Of a stretch of 64,000 bases of DNA, positions 1 to 12,100 are shown one piece after another. The DNA is taken from NCBI GenBank assembly GCA_963663765.2, contig CAXXUA010000005.1, forward strand, positions 1,056,001 through 1,120,000, in the 5' to 3' direction. The notes beneath the pieces were generated by a model. That model saw only the letters and a program-made list of their open reading frames with translations, did not search any database and was not told the origin of the DNA. A program made the translations under genes and the position numbers. This DNA is from Candidatus Poribacteria bacterium (GTDB taxonomy: Bacteria > Poribacteria > WGA-4E > WGA-3G). How positions within the stretch are numbered: the first letter of the stretch is position 1; every line of letters starts with the position of its first letter.

Positions 1-96
1 AGAATCACGGATTTTGCGGATTTAACCAAATCAACGGTATGAATGCCTTATGAAGATTAACTTATTAATGCGGTAATAAACTATTTCCTATATTTG

Positions 97-376
97 CAAT
101 ACCTTCGCCAATAATAGACAATCTGTCAGATTGTGCGGGCAGTTGTAGCACATTCTGCCAGATTGTGCGGGCAGTTGTAGCACATTCTGCCAGATTGTGC
201 ATATAAATTATTCTGTCAGATTCTATCGTCAAATTAGACGCTATGATAATTAAAAATACTTCAACGAAAACCTGAAGTTATTTTTATTTATGTAATCCTA
301 ACAATATCACAGAGCAATGGTAGATCAACACTATATACTCATTCAACTGAAGCACTCAAAAATGGCGAAGGTATTG
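97..376. mobile_element. MITE, 280 bp, IS4-like terminal inverted repeats, carrying a 32-bp tandem repeat
   Basis: Perfect 14-bp TIR CAATACCTTCGCCA (97-110) / TGGCGAAGGTATTG (363-376). 7-bp direct repeat ATATTTG on both flanks (90-96, 377-383). Second copy at 41255-42093. IS4 assignment is from recalled TIR similarity only. Confidence 0.85.
127..200. repeat. 32-bp tandem repeat (CAGATTGTGCGGGCAGTTGTAGCACATTCTGC) x~2.3
   Basis: Unit starts at 127, 159 and 191; expanded to ~5-6 copies at 41285-41466. Confidence 0.9.
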
Positions 377-453
377 ATATTTGACGAAGATGTTGGATAA
401 AAAACATTTGTAAGGGATAAGTAGAATTACCGATTTTATTTCTTAATCTTGAA

Positions 454-573
454 AAGACTTATGCACTAAATGGTAGGCGTGCTTTGTAAGCGCACTGGAA
501 ACCGAAAAAATGCTGTAAATTACATCATCTTTGCCATAATTCTTTATTATCTGTGGAAACTGCGTAAGTCCTG
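454..573. mobile_element. Degenerate MITE (AGGACTTACGCA-type ends) with an internal GTAG-REP-like hairpin
   Basis: AAGACTTATGCA ... TGCGTAAGTCCTG imperfect inverted ends; internal GTAGGCGTGCTTTGTAAGCGCAC; an orphan right end TGCGTAAGTCCT at ~660-671. Confidence 0.45.
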
Positions 574-807
574 GTTCAAATTAGGGGAATAAGGTTAAAA
601 GTCATTATTTTGGTGTTTTAAACCCACTGAATCCTCTATCAATGGGACTTTAAGAAAAATGCGTAAGTCCTTAAATTGACATACCGCATTTCATTGATTT
701 ATCCAATTTACAAGACCATAAACACGCAACAAATCCAATTGTCTTACTTTTCAAGTAGGAGAGAGGAGTTTTCACAATTTTTATTTTGACATTTCACCAC
801 CATATAA

Positions 808-1029
808 CCTACTTTCCGCACTTTAAATTTGCGTTTTTTGATATTAATGTGATAAACCCTTACGTAGCCTAAGTTCAGCAAACATTTTCAATATTAAAGA
901 TTCAAAAACAAGTTGAATTCAGTCTCAAAATTTAGAACACGAGATCTCCATTATTGTGTGCGATTCCTTGTTTGACGCGGGTTTATGCTAATATTATAAA
1001 AATATCTCAAAACAAGTGCGGAAAGTAAG
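808..1029. mobile_element. MITE, 222 bp, IS1634-like TIRs, inserted into a promoter copy
   Basis: TIR CCTACTTTCCGCACTT / AAGTGCGGAAAGTAAG (15/16). 6-bp TSD ATATAA (802-807, 1030-1035). The empty site is visible in the paralogous sequence at 1470-1500. Confidence 0.85.
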
Positions 1030-1469
1030 ATATAATATACAATAATATTAAGACATTGATTATTTTATATATTATATATATTATATATATATCCTGCTAT
1101 TATTAATACTTTTTAAGTTACCACCTATGAAGCGTGATCTAATTTTTTTTTTCTTTTGAGTGCGCAACTGGAAGTTTACGCTACATAGTGTTGTATTTGG
1201 CGAATTATGAAAATAATTTTATTTTGTTTTCAGTATACTGCTTTAGTAGGTGGGCTATATATTATCACTATTGTATTCAGTAAGAGTGACCGCCAAGTCA
1301 CGACCAGGAGGTCGCTCCTACCTGTTACAGAGTGTAATTAATTTCATTATCTACCATAAATGAGATATTTGTATTAAAAGCAGTGACTTCAGATCCATAA
1401 TCTTGTAGGAAGCAATTTGGGTCATTTGTCTAATTATCTTTTTGTAATAGAGGAATTTCTACAATTTTC

Positions 1470-1497
1470 TTGACATTACACCACCATATAATATAAT
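1470..1497 (+). promoter_or_regulatory. Sigma70-type promoter upstream of the surface-protein cluster
   Basis: TTGACA (1470-1475) - 16 nt - TATAAT (1492-1497). Confidence 0.65.
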
Positions 1498-1854
1498 AAT
1501 ATTAAGACATATAATAAAGTATTATTATTATATTATATGTTATAATCTTATTATTGCTTAAGTTGCTAAACATGAAGCGGGATCTAAAAAACTGTTCTTT
1601 TGGGAGTGAAAACTGAAAGTTTGCGCTACATAGTGTTGATTAAATGGGATATCTGTATTAAAAGCAGTGACTTCAGATCCATAATCTTGTAGGAAGCAAT
1701 TTGGGTCATTATATATTACTTGACATATTTTGATTTATGGTGAAACAAAAATAAATTAGACACTTTCCTCCTTCAGTAGACAAGGTCTCATAACCTTGAT
1801 GGAGCGTAGTGTGCGGCTAATTCTAAAACCTACTATAAATAAAGGAGAGAAACC

Positions 1855-2874
1855 TTGAAAACTATAAAAATCCATCCAAACGTAATTCTATCCGTTTTAC
1901 TTCCACTGATAATGATATTTTGTATCCAGACAATAAGTTATGCGAACAACGATCCCGTTTTTACCAATGGTGATTCTACACAACGAAGTGTTTGAGAGAA
2001 TACTGCTGCTGGTGAAAACATCGGTGCCCCTGTGGCGGCAACCGATGACGATGACGATACCTTGACCTATAGTTTGGGAGGAAATAACGCAACCAGTTTT
2101 GCAATTGATAGTACCACTGGCCAACTGAAGACAAGCGCAGAACTAAATTATGAAAGAGAAAATACTTACAAAGTAACAATTTCTGTATCTGATGGGAACG
2201 AAGGTAGCGACACGATTAATGTCACAATTAAGGTTAAAGATGTGGTTGACATATATACTCCGTTAAGTGAACGCACGCCTGCAGTTACTCAGGAGATTGT
2301 TAGGAGAATATCGTCAGCAAGAACGGCGGATGATGTCGGTGATAAAGATCTGCGAAAAGTTACAACATTGACTCTACGAAGTAAAGAAATATCAGAACTT
2401 AAGAGTAATGATTTTAACGGACTTACCAAAGTGCAACATCTGTGGTTGACTAATAATCCACTCACGACTCTACCATCGGGTCTCTTTAATGGTATGACAG
2501 AATTATCGCATCTTGCACTGTATAGTAATTCAATATCGAGTCTACCAGCGGATATTTTTGATGGTCTGACTGCCAGAGTAGGCATAAACATAAATCTATC
2601 CTACAATGATCTTACGAGTGTTCCTGATGGGATATTTGACGGATTGACTACGTTGGGTGATCTAGAATTCAGAGATAACACATCAACACTTGTATTTCCT
2701 TTCTCGTTTCGGAAGGCAAGTGATGGTGTTTACAAAGCAACAGCCCAGAAAGAGGCTACATTTGATATGGAGCTTCCGGTGACTATCACCAATGGATACA
2801 TGCTTGGTGGAGCAACCTCCATTACGATCTCAAAAGGTAGTTTAGAAAGTTCAAATAATACCAATTCTAATTGA
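1855..2874 (+). pseudogene. Secreted cadherin + LRR protein, pseudogene (in-frame TGA, truncated C-terminus)
   Basis: AAAGGAG RBS then TTG at 1855 gives signal peptide MKTIKIHPNVILSVLLPLIMIFCIQTISYA. In-frame TGA at 1993-1995 lies inside the cadherin repeat (RSV*ENTAAGENIG). The frame continues as ORF 2032-2874, which stops partway through the LRR C-cap and lacks the sorting domain. Confidence 0.8.
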
Positions 2875-3126
2875 TTATATCTCATTAGCAGTTTTTATAA
2901 AATACGAGAACCCTGTGATTTTTGCGATGACATCGTTAGAATAATCAGAAAGTTTGCGGGTTTTACTCTCGGTGTCTTCTTAAACATAAGTTTAGGACGC
3001 AAGTTGATGGCATTAAAAGATGTTGTCCACGCATAAACTCACATAACAGTATTTAACATATTACATACATATAATCATTTAGCACAAGTCGTAAACTATA
3101 GACGATTTAAGGGGAGATTTTTAAAA

Positions 3127-6100
3127 ATGTTGAATTCAAATAAAAAACATATCGTATCCATTTTCGTGGCGATTTTAATAGCTTTAGGAATGTCTAACAC
3201 AGGTTATGCGGACATTACGCCTGTCAGCGAGCGCACACAGCAGGTGCAAGACGCTATTGTTGCTGCTGTGCCGGGTGTCAATTCTGCTGCAGATGTGACG
3301 GAAGCACACCTCGCTAGTATTGGTCGGTTGAGACTGATTGGAAAGAACATCGCAGCACTGAAAGAAGGCGACTTTGATGGACTAACTTCACTGGTTCGGC
3401 TTTCAATAGGTCGTAACCCGCTCAGCAGTTTACCAGAGGGTATATTCTCAGATTTGACTTCACTTACTTTTCTTGACATGGGTGGGAACCAGATTAGTAA
3501 TCTATCTGCTGACGTATTTTCAGGTTTGTCATCCCTCACATCCTTGATTATGCCAGCGAACCAGATTAGTAGTCTACCGGCAGGTATATTTTCAGATTTG
3601 TCTTCGATTCAACACATTTCTCTTTGGGGAAATCAACTGACTACTCTTCCATCGGGTCTATTTACAGGTTTGTCTTCGCTGGCAGAGATACACCTTAAAA
3701 GTAACCAGATTAGTAGTCTACCTGCGGACGTATTCTCAGGCTTGTCATCCCTCACAACGATTAGACTCGGCAGTAACCGATTAAGTATTCTACCTGCGGG
3801 TCTATTTTCAGGTTTGTCATCCCTCACAACGATTGAACTTGGGTGGAATCAACTGAATAATCTATCTGCAGGACTATTTACAGGTTTGTCATCCCTCACA
3901 AAGATTGAACTCTATGGTAACCAACTGACGACTCTTCCTACGGGTCTATTCTCAGGTTTATCTTCGCTGGATTCGATTTCCCTTTATCGGAATCAATTGA
4001 GTAGTCTTCCAATGGGTATCTTCTCAGGTTTGTCTTCACTCACTACGTTGAACCTGAGTGACAACGCCCCAGAATTATCTTTGATAATTGAGCTGCAGCA
4101 GGTTGGTGTGAATCAGTTCAAGGCAGTTATGGCTACCGGTGCGCCATTTACTATTGTGGTGCCGCTCAATGTTGCGAATGGGAGTATTATGGGTGGTGCA
4201 ACGACTGCTACTATTCCCATCGGTAGTGTAGAAAGCACACCTTTCACGGTGATCCCGACCCCTGGCACATCTGATGCTGTGTCCTTGCTATTAGGGACTT
4301 TACCGGATCTACCCTCAGATCATAGAGGTTATACACTCGCGCCCTTTAATTTTCCCCCAGAATTCGTTGAGGGTCCGAGCACGATACGCACAGTCGCTGA
4401 GGATATACATACTGGTGGAGATGTCGGCACCGCAGTCAGTGCTACTGATCCGTATAACGACCCATTGACCTACACACTGAGCGGGACAGATGCCAGTTCA
4501 TTTACAATTGATGCCACGACTGGGCAGTTAAGAACCAATATACGACTTGACTACGAAACACAATCCACCTACATGGTAACTGTTAATGTTACGGATGGCA
4601 CTTTAAATGATTCAATAGCGGTAACTATCAATGTTACTGATGTAGAACCGGAGGTTTTGAATGCTGGTGAACCGCGCACCGTGAGGCTTTTCTATTTCTT
4701 ACCCAATGATCGTCCATATCGCCAAGAAGTTGTTGACGCAATGAAAACTGGGATATTGGAGGTTCAGAGTTTCTATGCCGATCAGATGGCGGCACATGGA
4801 CATGGGAACACGACCTTTAATATTGAAACCGATGCACAAGGCGATCCGATTGTTCATCGTATTGACGCAGACAACAGTGACAGCCGATACGCGAGTAGAG
4901 GGTATACTGACGGTGAAATTGCACGAGCATTTGATACTTCCACCATGATTTCAGTCATTGTTATGGATGTTAGCCATCATCGTGTAAGAGGACAAGGTAC
5001 GGGGGATAAAAGTAATGGATGGTTAATAATATATGAAGATTGGAATTGGTTTACTGCCGCCCATGAACTGGCACACGCCTTCGGGTTACATCACGATTTT
5101 CGTGATAATACGGATATTTTGTCATACGGAACAACGGATCGTTCAACTGCTACATTGTCTGCTGCTGCTGCCGAGTTTTTATCGGTGCATCCTTACTTTG
5201 ATTCCAGTATCCCCCTTGAAATTGGAACACGACCTACCGTAGAACTGGTTTCACCGACAACTTATCCTGCTGGATCAGAAAGCGTCAATATCCGAGTAAG
5301 GGTTCGCGACGATACCGGACTTCATCAGGCAATGCTTTTTGTTCGTCCCAACAATCCCTTTCGGGGTACCACTCCGGAACTGAAATTATGGCAAAAGTTG
5401 GATGGTGAAACAGATACTACTGTTGTATTCAATTTCGACGGTAGAGTTCCATCAGACAGTGACAAGTCAGATCCTGACGCACATAAGACACTCGCCAATG
5501 CGAATCAACACGAAATCAGTGTGATGGCAGTAGATACGGAGGGAAACTGGTATAGATCTAATTTTATTACACTTGAAGCAGGGGAAGCTCAAGAGATTAC
5601 TATTCCGCTTAGCGACCGCACACCCCAGGTGCGCGATGCTATTGTGGCTGCAGTGCCAGGTGTGAATTCTGCCAGGGGTGTAACCGCAGCACACCTTGCT
5701 GCGATTACGCGCCTAGATCTTCAACATGAAGGGATTACATCACTGAAAACAGGTGATTTTGATGGACTCACCGCACTGATAACGCTCCTACTGGGCAGCA
5801 ATTCCTTGACATCCCTGCCTGAGGGGGTCTTCAGTGGTTTGTCATCACTCACTACGCTTTATGTGGGTTTCAATTCCCTGACATCCCTGCCTGAGGGGGT
5901 CTTCAGTGGTTTGTCATCACTCACTACGCTCGGTCTGAGGGATAATTCCCTGACATCTCTGCCAGCAGGGGTTTTTGATGGTTTGTCAGCACTCACGACG
6001 CTATATCTGAATAACAATGATCTGACATCTCTGCCTGCAGGTATCTTTTCTGGGTTATCGTCGCTGACAACACTTAATTTGAAGGGTAACGCTGTCTACC

Positions 6101-9100
6101 CGATGCCCCTTACAGTGAAGCTGGTAAAAGTTGGAGCAGATCAGTTCCAGTTGGATGTGCCTACCGGTGCGCCATCTGACATGGACTTACCACTTATTGT
6201 TGTGAATGGAACTATTAATGGCGGCGTAGAACGTGTCACGATCCCGACAGGCAGTGTGAGAAGCGATGTCCTCACCGTTACCCGTACGCCCGGTACAACA
6301 GCTGCAGTCATTGTAGACCTTGAGAGGACAGTGCCGAGTCCTACCGGGGCCGACTACGTTTTCTACAAATCATTCGCTCATTTGGAAATCTTCAGTCCTT
6401 TGGCAGGAGCACCCACCCCTGTGACCAAACGCACACCGCAAGTGCTTGACGCTATCGTAGCTGCAGTACCAGAGATAGATCATATCCACCATGATAGAGA
6501 CATACGTTACCTGATAGGTGGACAGTTTGTAGACAAGAAATATAACATGGGACACTATGTGTCTGAGGCACACCTCGCGGCAATTACGAATCTGGATGTG
6601 TTCGGTGTGTCTGGCGGTGCTGACTTAAGCCTCAGCGGTAATTGGTTTAGTCTGCATGGCAACGCTACAGAACTGAAACTCGGTGATTTTGATGGCATGA
6701 CGAACTTAGCAAAACTCCGCCTTGATGGCAACGAGTTGAGTTCATTGCCAGCGGGTCTCTTTGACAATCTCACCAACCTGACTACGCTCAACCTTAGCAG
6801 CAACGAGTTGAGTTCATTACCAGCGGGTCTCTTTGACAATCTCACCAACCTGACATATCTCAACCTATTTGACAATCCGTTGAGTCCACTGCCGGAAGGC
6901 TATTTTGATAAACTCACAAATCTAACAACGCTTATCCTACCACCTTTCATCACGCCAACCCCAGTGACGGAAGTGGGTGAGATTACCCTCCCGATCGCTG
7001 ACCGGACACCGCAGGTGCGCGACGCAATTGTGGCTGCAGCCGGTGTCAATTCTGCCGCCGATGTGACCGCAGCACATCTCGCTGCAATTACGGAATTGGA
7101 TCTGGAAGCAGAGAATATTGCAGCACTAAAACAAGGAGATTTTGACAATCTTCCCGGTTTGGAATTACTTGTACTAAACGGAACGTTCAATGTCTTGCCA
7201 GAAGGTATCTTTGATAGTCTCACCAATCTGAAAAGCCTTGGCATCAGGAGCACTCAGTTGCGTTCATTACCAGCCGGCATCTTTGACAATCTTACAAATC
7301 TGATAAACTTTGTCATAGATAACACCCCGTTGCGTTCATTACCAGCTGGCATCTTCGACAATCTCACCAATCTGAAATCACTCGGCATAGTCAACACTCA
7401 GTTGAGTTCATTACCAGTCGGCATCTTTGACAATCTTACCAACGTGCCATTCATCTTCCTAAATAATAACCAACTGAGTTCATTACCTGATGGCATCTTT
7501 GACAAAGCTACAATGTGGTTATTCCTAAACGACAACCAGTTGAGTTCATTACCTGATGGCATCTTTGAGGGAATTTTTGATGAACCTCCCGACCTTACAT
7601 TGTTTGGGGGAGTTCCACCGGATCAACTACCGGAGGGAGATTCTGACAGCATAGACTTCACATTTGTTACCCTTGGCGGCAACCTTGTTGACCCGATGCC
7701 CCTTACTGTCTCGTTGGAACGGGTTGGTGAAGGTCAATTCAAAGCGGTTGCCCCCGCGGGAGCACCATTTGAACTTGTGCTGCCTATCAGGATTGCAAAC
7801 GGTAGTATCAACAGGGGTGTAGAGAGTATAACGATCCCCGTAGGCGGTGTGGAAAGCGTTACCTTCACCGTGACCCGTACATCAGGGGCAACCTATGCTA
7901 CCACAGTAAATATTGGCACATTACCTCAACTACCCTCGGGTCATAGCGGTTATACTCTTGTCAAATCCGATGCCCTTCCGCTGGTGTTCTCAGAACTGGG
8001 TGGACAGGTGATCGTTCCTGTGAGTGAACGCACACCAGAGGTGCGTGATGCTATTGTTGCGGCAGTACCAGGTGTGAATTCCGCTGCAGATGTGACTGAA
8101 GCACACCTTGCTGCGATTACAAGCCTGGGTTTGGGGCTTAGTAATCCTACGAAGGTAGGCGATTTTGATGGACTCACCGGTCTGACAAGAATTGGAATGG
8201 GTACAGATCTAACCTCCATTCCGGTAGGTTTTTTCAATGAACTAAACAACTTAACGTTTTTGGATTGGGAAGATTTACAATTAAGTTCACTGCCAGCCGG
8301 AATATTTGACAATCTCCCTAATCTGACACACATGAGTCTTGGTTTTGTACAATTGAGTTCTTTGCCCGATGGTATCTTTGACAATCTCACCAACCTGACA
8401 ACTTTCTATCTTGGATCATTGCAGTTGAGTTCTTTGCCCGATGGTATCTTTGACAATCTCACCAACCTGACAGTTTTGGATCTTGGATCTCCTAAGTTGA
8501 GTTCTTTGCCCGATGGTATCTTTGACAATCTCACCAACCTGACAAGTCTCAGAATATCCCAGACACAAATGTTAACATTGCCTGATGGACTGTTATCTGG
8601 CCTATCGTCATTAACAAGCCTCAGTTTTTTTAGTAACGCAGCTGACCCGATGCCTCTCACTATCTCACTGGAGAAGGTTGGTACAGATCAATTCAAGGCA
8701 GTTGCACCCACGGGCGCGCCTTTTGATATGGTGCTGCCGATAACCGTTACCGATGGCAGCATTAGCGGTGGTACAACAACTCTTACAATACTCGCAGGCA
8801 GCATGGAAAGTGAAGTGCTTACCGTGACACGCACACCCGGTGCAACATACGCTACCACAGTAAATATCGGCATATTTCCAAGTCTACCTGCAAATCATAC
8901 CGGTTATTCCCTTGTCAAATCCGTTGACCTGCCGCTTACGTTCCCGGAACTGGGTGGACAGGTATTCACCTCAGTCGGCAGTCGTACGTCACAAGTAGCA
9001 GAGGCGATCCTCGGTGTTGTCCGTCTAAACGATCCGAACGTCTCCAGTTTCGCAGAAATCACGAATAGTCACCTTACTGGAATTACTGCCTTATATTTGA

Positions 9101-12100
9101 ACGGTAGAAATATCACATCTCTAAAGTCAGGTGATTTTGAGGGACTCAGCAGTTTGGAAGAGCTGCGTCTCCATAGTAATCAACTTACGAGTCTGCCAGA
9201 AGACATCTTTAGCGGACTCACTGCACTAACAACACTCACCCTATATGGTAATCAGTTAAGCACGCTACCGCCAGGGATATTTAATGGCTTATCGTCACTG
9301 GCAACGCTCCGCTTCGCTCTCAATCAGTTGACGACGTTACCAGCGGATATTTTTTATGGACTTAATTCGTTGACAGATCTGCATATGATTGGGAATCAGT
9401 TGTCCGAATTACCGGAAGGTATCTTTGTAGGATTGACAGGACTGACAACCCTCCGTTTAGACAGCAATGCTGTTAATCCTTTACCTCTTACTGTCTCATT
9501 GGAAAAGGTTGGCAATGGGCAGTTCAAGGCAGTTGCACCCACGGGCGCACCATTTGATGTTGTGTTGCCGATCAGCGTTACCGATGGCATCATTAGCGGT
9601 AGTGCAACAACTCTTACAATACTTGCAGGCAGCGTGGAAAGCGATGTGCTTACCGTAACGCGAACCCCTGACACAACCGGTGCTGTTACCGTGAATATCG
9701 GGACATTACCGAGCCTACCATCAACTCACAGTGGATATACCCTTGTCAAATCTGCGGATTTGCCATTAAGCTACCCATTGCCAGAAATCCGTACTTTGAT
9801 AGGAAGCCGCACACAGCAGGTGCAAGATGCTATTGTCGCAGCGGTGCCGGGTGTGAGCAATGCGGTTGATGTGACCGAAGCACATCTCGCTGCGATTACC
9901 TTACTTGACTTTGGCTTCAAAAGTATCAGATCACTTACAGCTGGCGATTTTGATGGACTCACCGCACTGGAATGGCTCAACCTGCCCAACGACACCCAGT
10001 TGAGTACGTTGCCAGCGGGTATCTTTGACGATCTTACCGCTTTGACATTGCTTAACCTGTCCCGCATCCAGTTAAGTACGTTGCCAGCGGGCATCTTTGA
10101 TAAGCTCACCAATCTGAAAAGACTCTACCTAAGCAGCAACCAGCTGAGTTCATTGCCAGCGGGCATCTTTGATAAGCTCACCAATCTGACAGAGATCCAT
10201 CTGGATGGCAATCCGCTGAGTACGTTGCCGGTGGGTATCTTTAACAGACTCACCGCGCTAACGAAACTCGAACTCCACGACACCCCATTGAGTACGTTGC
10301 CAGCGGGTATCTTTAACAAGCTCAGCGATCTGACATTTCTCAATCTGCACAACAATCAGTTGAATTCATTGCCGGTGGGTATCTTTAACAGACTCACCGC
10401 ACTGACAAACCTTTATTTGTCGGACAACCCAGGTTCCCCATTTTCTCTTACGGTTATATTAGAGAAGGTGGCAAATGGGCAGTTCAAAGCAGTAGCACCC
10501 ACAGGTGCGCCGTTTGAGATTGTTCTACCACTCACCGTTACCGATGGAAGTATCAACGGAGGGACAACAACGGTCACAATACCCGCTGGCAGCGTGGAAA
10601 GCGATGTACTTAGCGTGACACGCACCCCCGGTGCAACTTATGCTACGACAGTAAATATCGGAAACCCATTACCAAGTCTACCTGCAAATCATGGCGGCTA
10701 TTCCCTTGTCAAATCCGTTGTCCTGCCGCTCGCGTTCCCAGAACTGGGTGGACAAGTATTCACCTCAGTCGGCAGTCGTACGTCACAAGTAGCAGAGGCG
10801 ATCCTCGGTGTTGTCCGTCTAAATGATCCGAACGTCTCCAGCTTCGCAGAGATCACTAATAGTCACCTTACTGGAATTACTGCCTTATATTTGAACGGTA
10901 GAAATATCACATCTCTAAAGTCAGGTGATTTTGAGGGACTCAGCAGTTTGGAAGAGCTGCGTCTCCAAAGTAATCAACTTACGAGTCTACCAGAGGATAT
11001 CTTTAGCGGACTCACTGCACTGCAAACGCTCACCCTATGGAGTAATCAGTTAACCACACTACCGCCAGGGATATTTAATGGCTTATCGTCACTGGCAACG
11101 CTCCGCTTCGGTTACAATCAGTTAACGACGTTACCAGCGGATATTTTTTACGGACTTAATTCGTTGACAGATCTGCGTATGATTGGGAATCAGTTGTCCG
11201 AATTACCGGATGGCATCTTTGCAGGACTGACAGGACTGACAAGGCTCAGTTTAGACAACAATGCGGTTGATCCTTTACTTCTTACTGTCTCATTGGAAAA
11301 GGTCAGCACGGATCAGTTCAAGGCAGTGGCACCCACTGGCGCACCGTATGAGATGGTGCTGCCTCTCGCTTTAACGAACGGTCGCGTCAGTGGTGGCGCA
11401 ACTACGAGCACGATCCCTGCAGGCAGCGTGGAAAGCGATGTGCTTACCGTAACCCGCACGCCCGATACAACTGGGACAGTCGCCGTCAATATTGGGGCAT
11501 TACCAAGTCTACCTGCAAATCATACCGGCTATTCTCTTGTCAAATCTGCTGATTTACCACTCAGCTACGCCTTGCCAGAAGTTCGTTCTTTGATAGGGAG
11601 TCGCACGCCGCAGGTGCGCGATGCTATTGTCGCAGCGGTGCCGGGTGTGAATTCTGCTGCAGATGTGACCGCAGCACACCTTGCAGCGATTAGGATTCTA
11701 ACTTTATCAAATCAGTCAATTATCTCTCTGAAAGATGGTGATTTTGATGGTCTCACTACACTAAAAGAGCTCTTACTGCATGAAAACAGCATCATAGATA
11801 TATCGCCACTTGCGGGTTTGACATCTCTGACAAATCTCGATTTAGCCTTTAACGACATCACAGATCTATCGCCACTTGCGGGTTTGACATCACTGACAAG
11901 GTTCTCTCTGCAAGCTAACAGTAGCATCATAGATCTATCGCCACTTGCGGGTTTGACATCACTGACAACGCTCGATCTGTCCGATAACAGCCTTACAGAT
12001 ATATCGGCACTTGCGGGATTGACCGCACTGACAACGCTTGAGCTAGACAGAAACAGCCTTACAGATATATCGGCACTTGCGGGATTGACCGCACTGACAA

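Larger units (their letters stand above)
770..1710 (+). repeat. Tandem duplication of a promoter/leader region (copy 1 ~770-1427 with insertions, copy 2 ~1455-1710)
   Basis: Shared blocks TTGACATTxCACCACCATATAA, ATGAAGCGxGATCTAA and GCTACATAGTGTTG, plus an identical ~55-bp block TGTATTAAAAGCAGTGACTTCAGATCC...GGGTCATT at ~1371 and ~1654. Confidence 0.85.
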
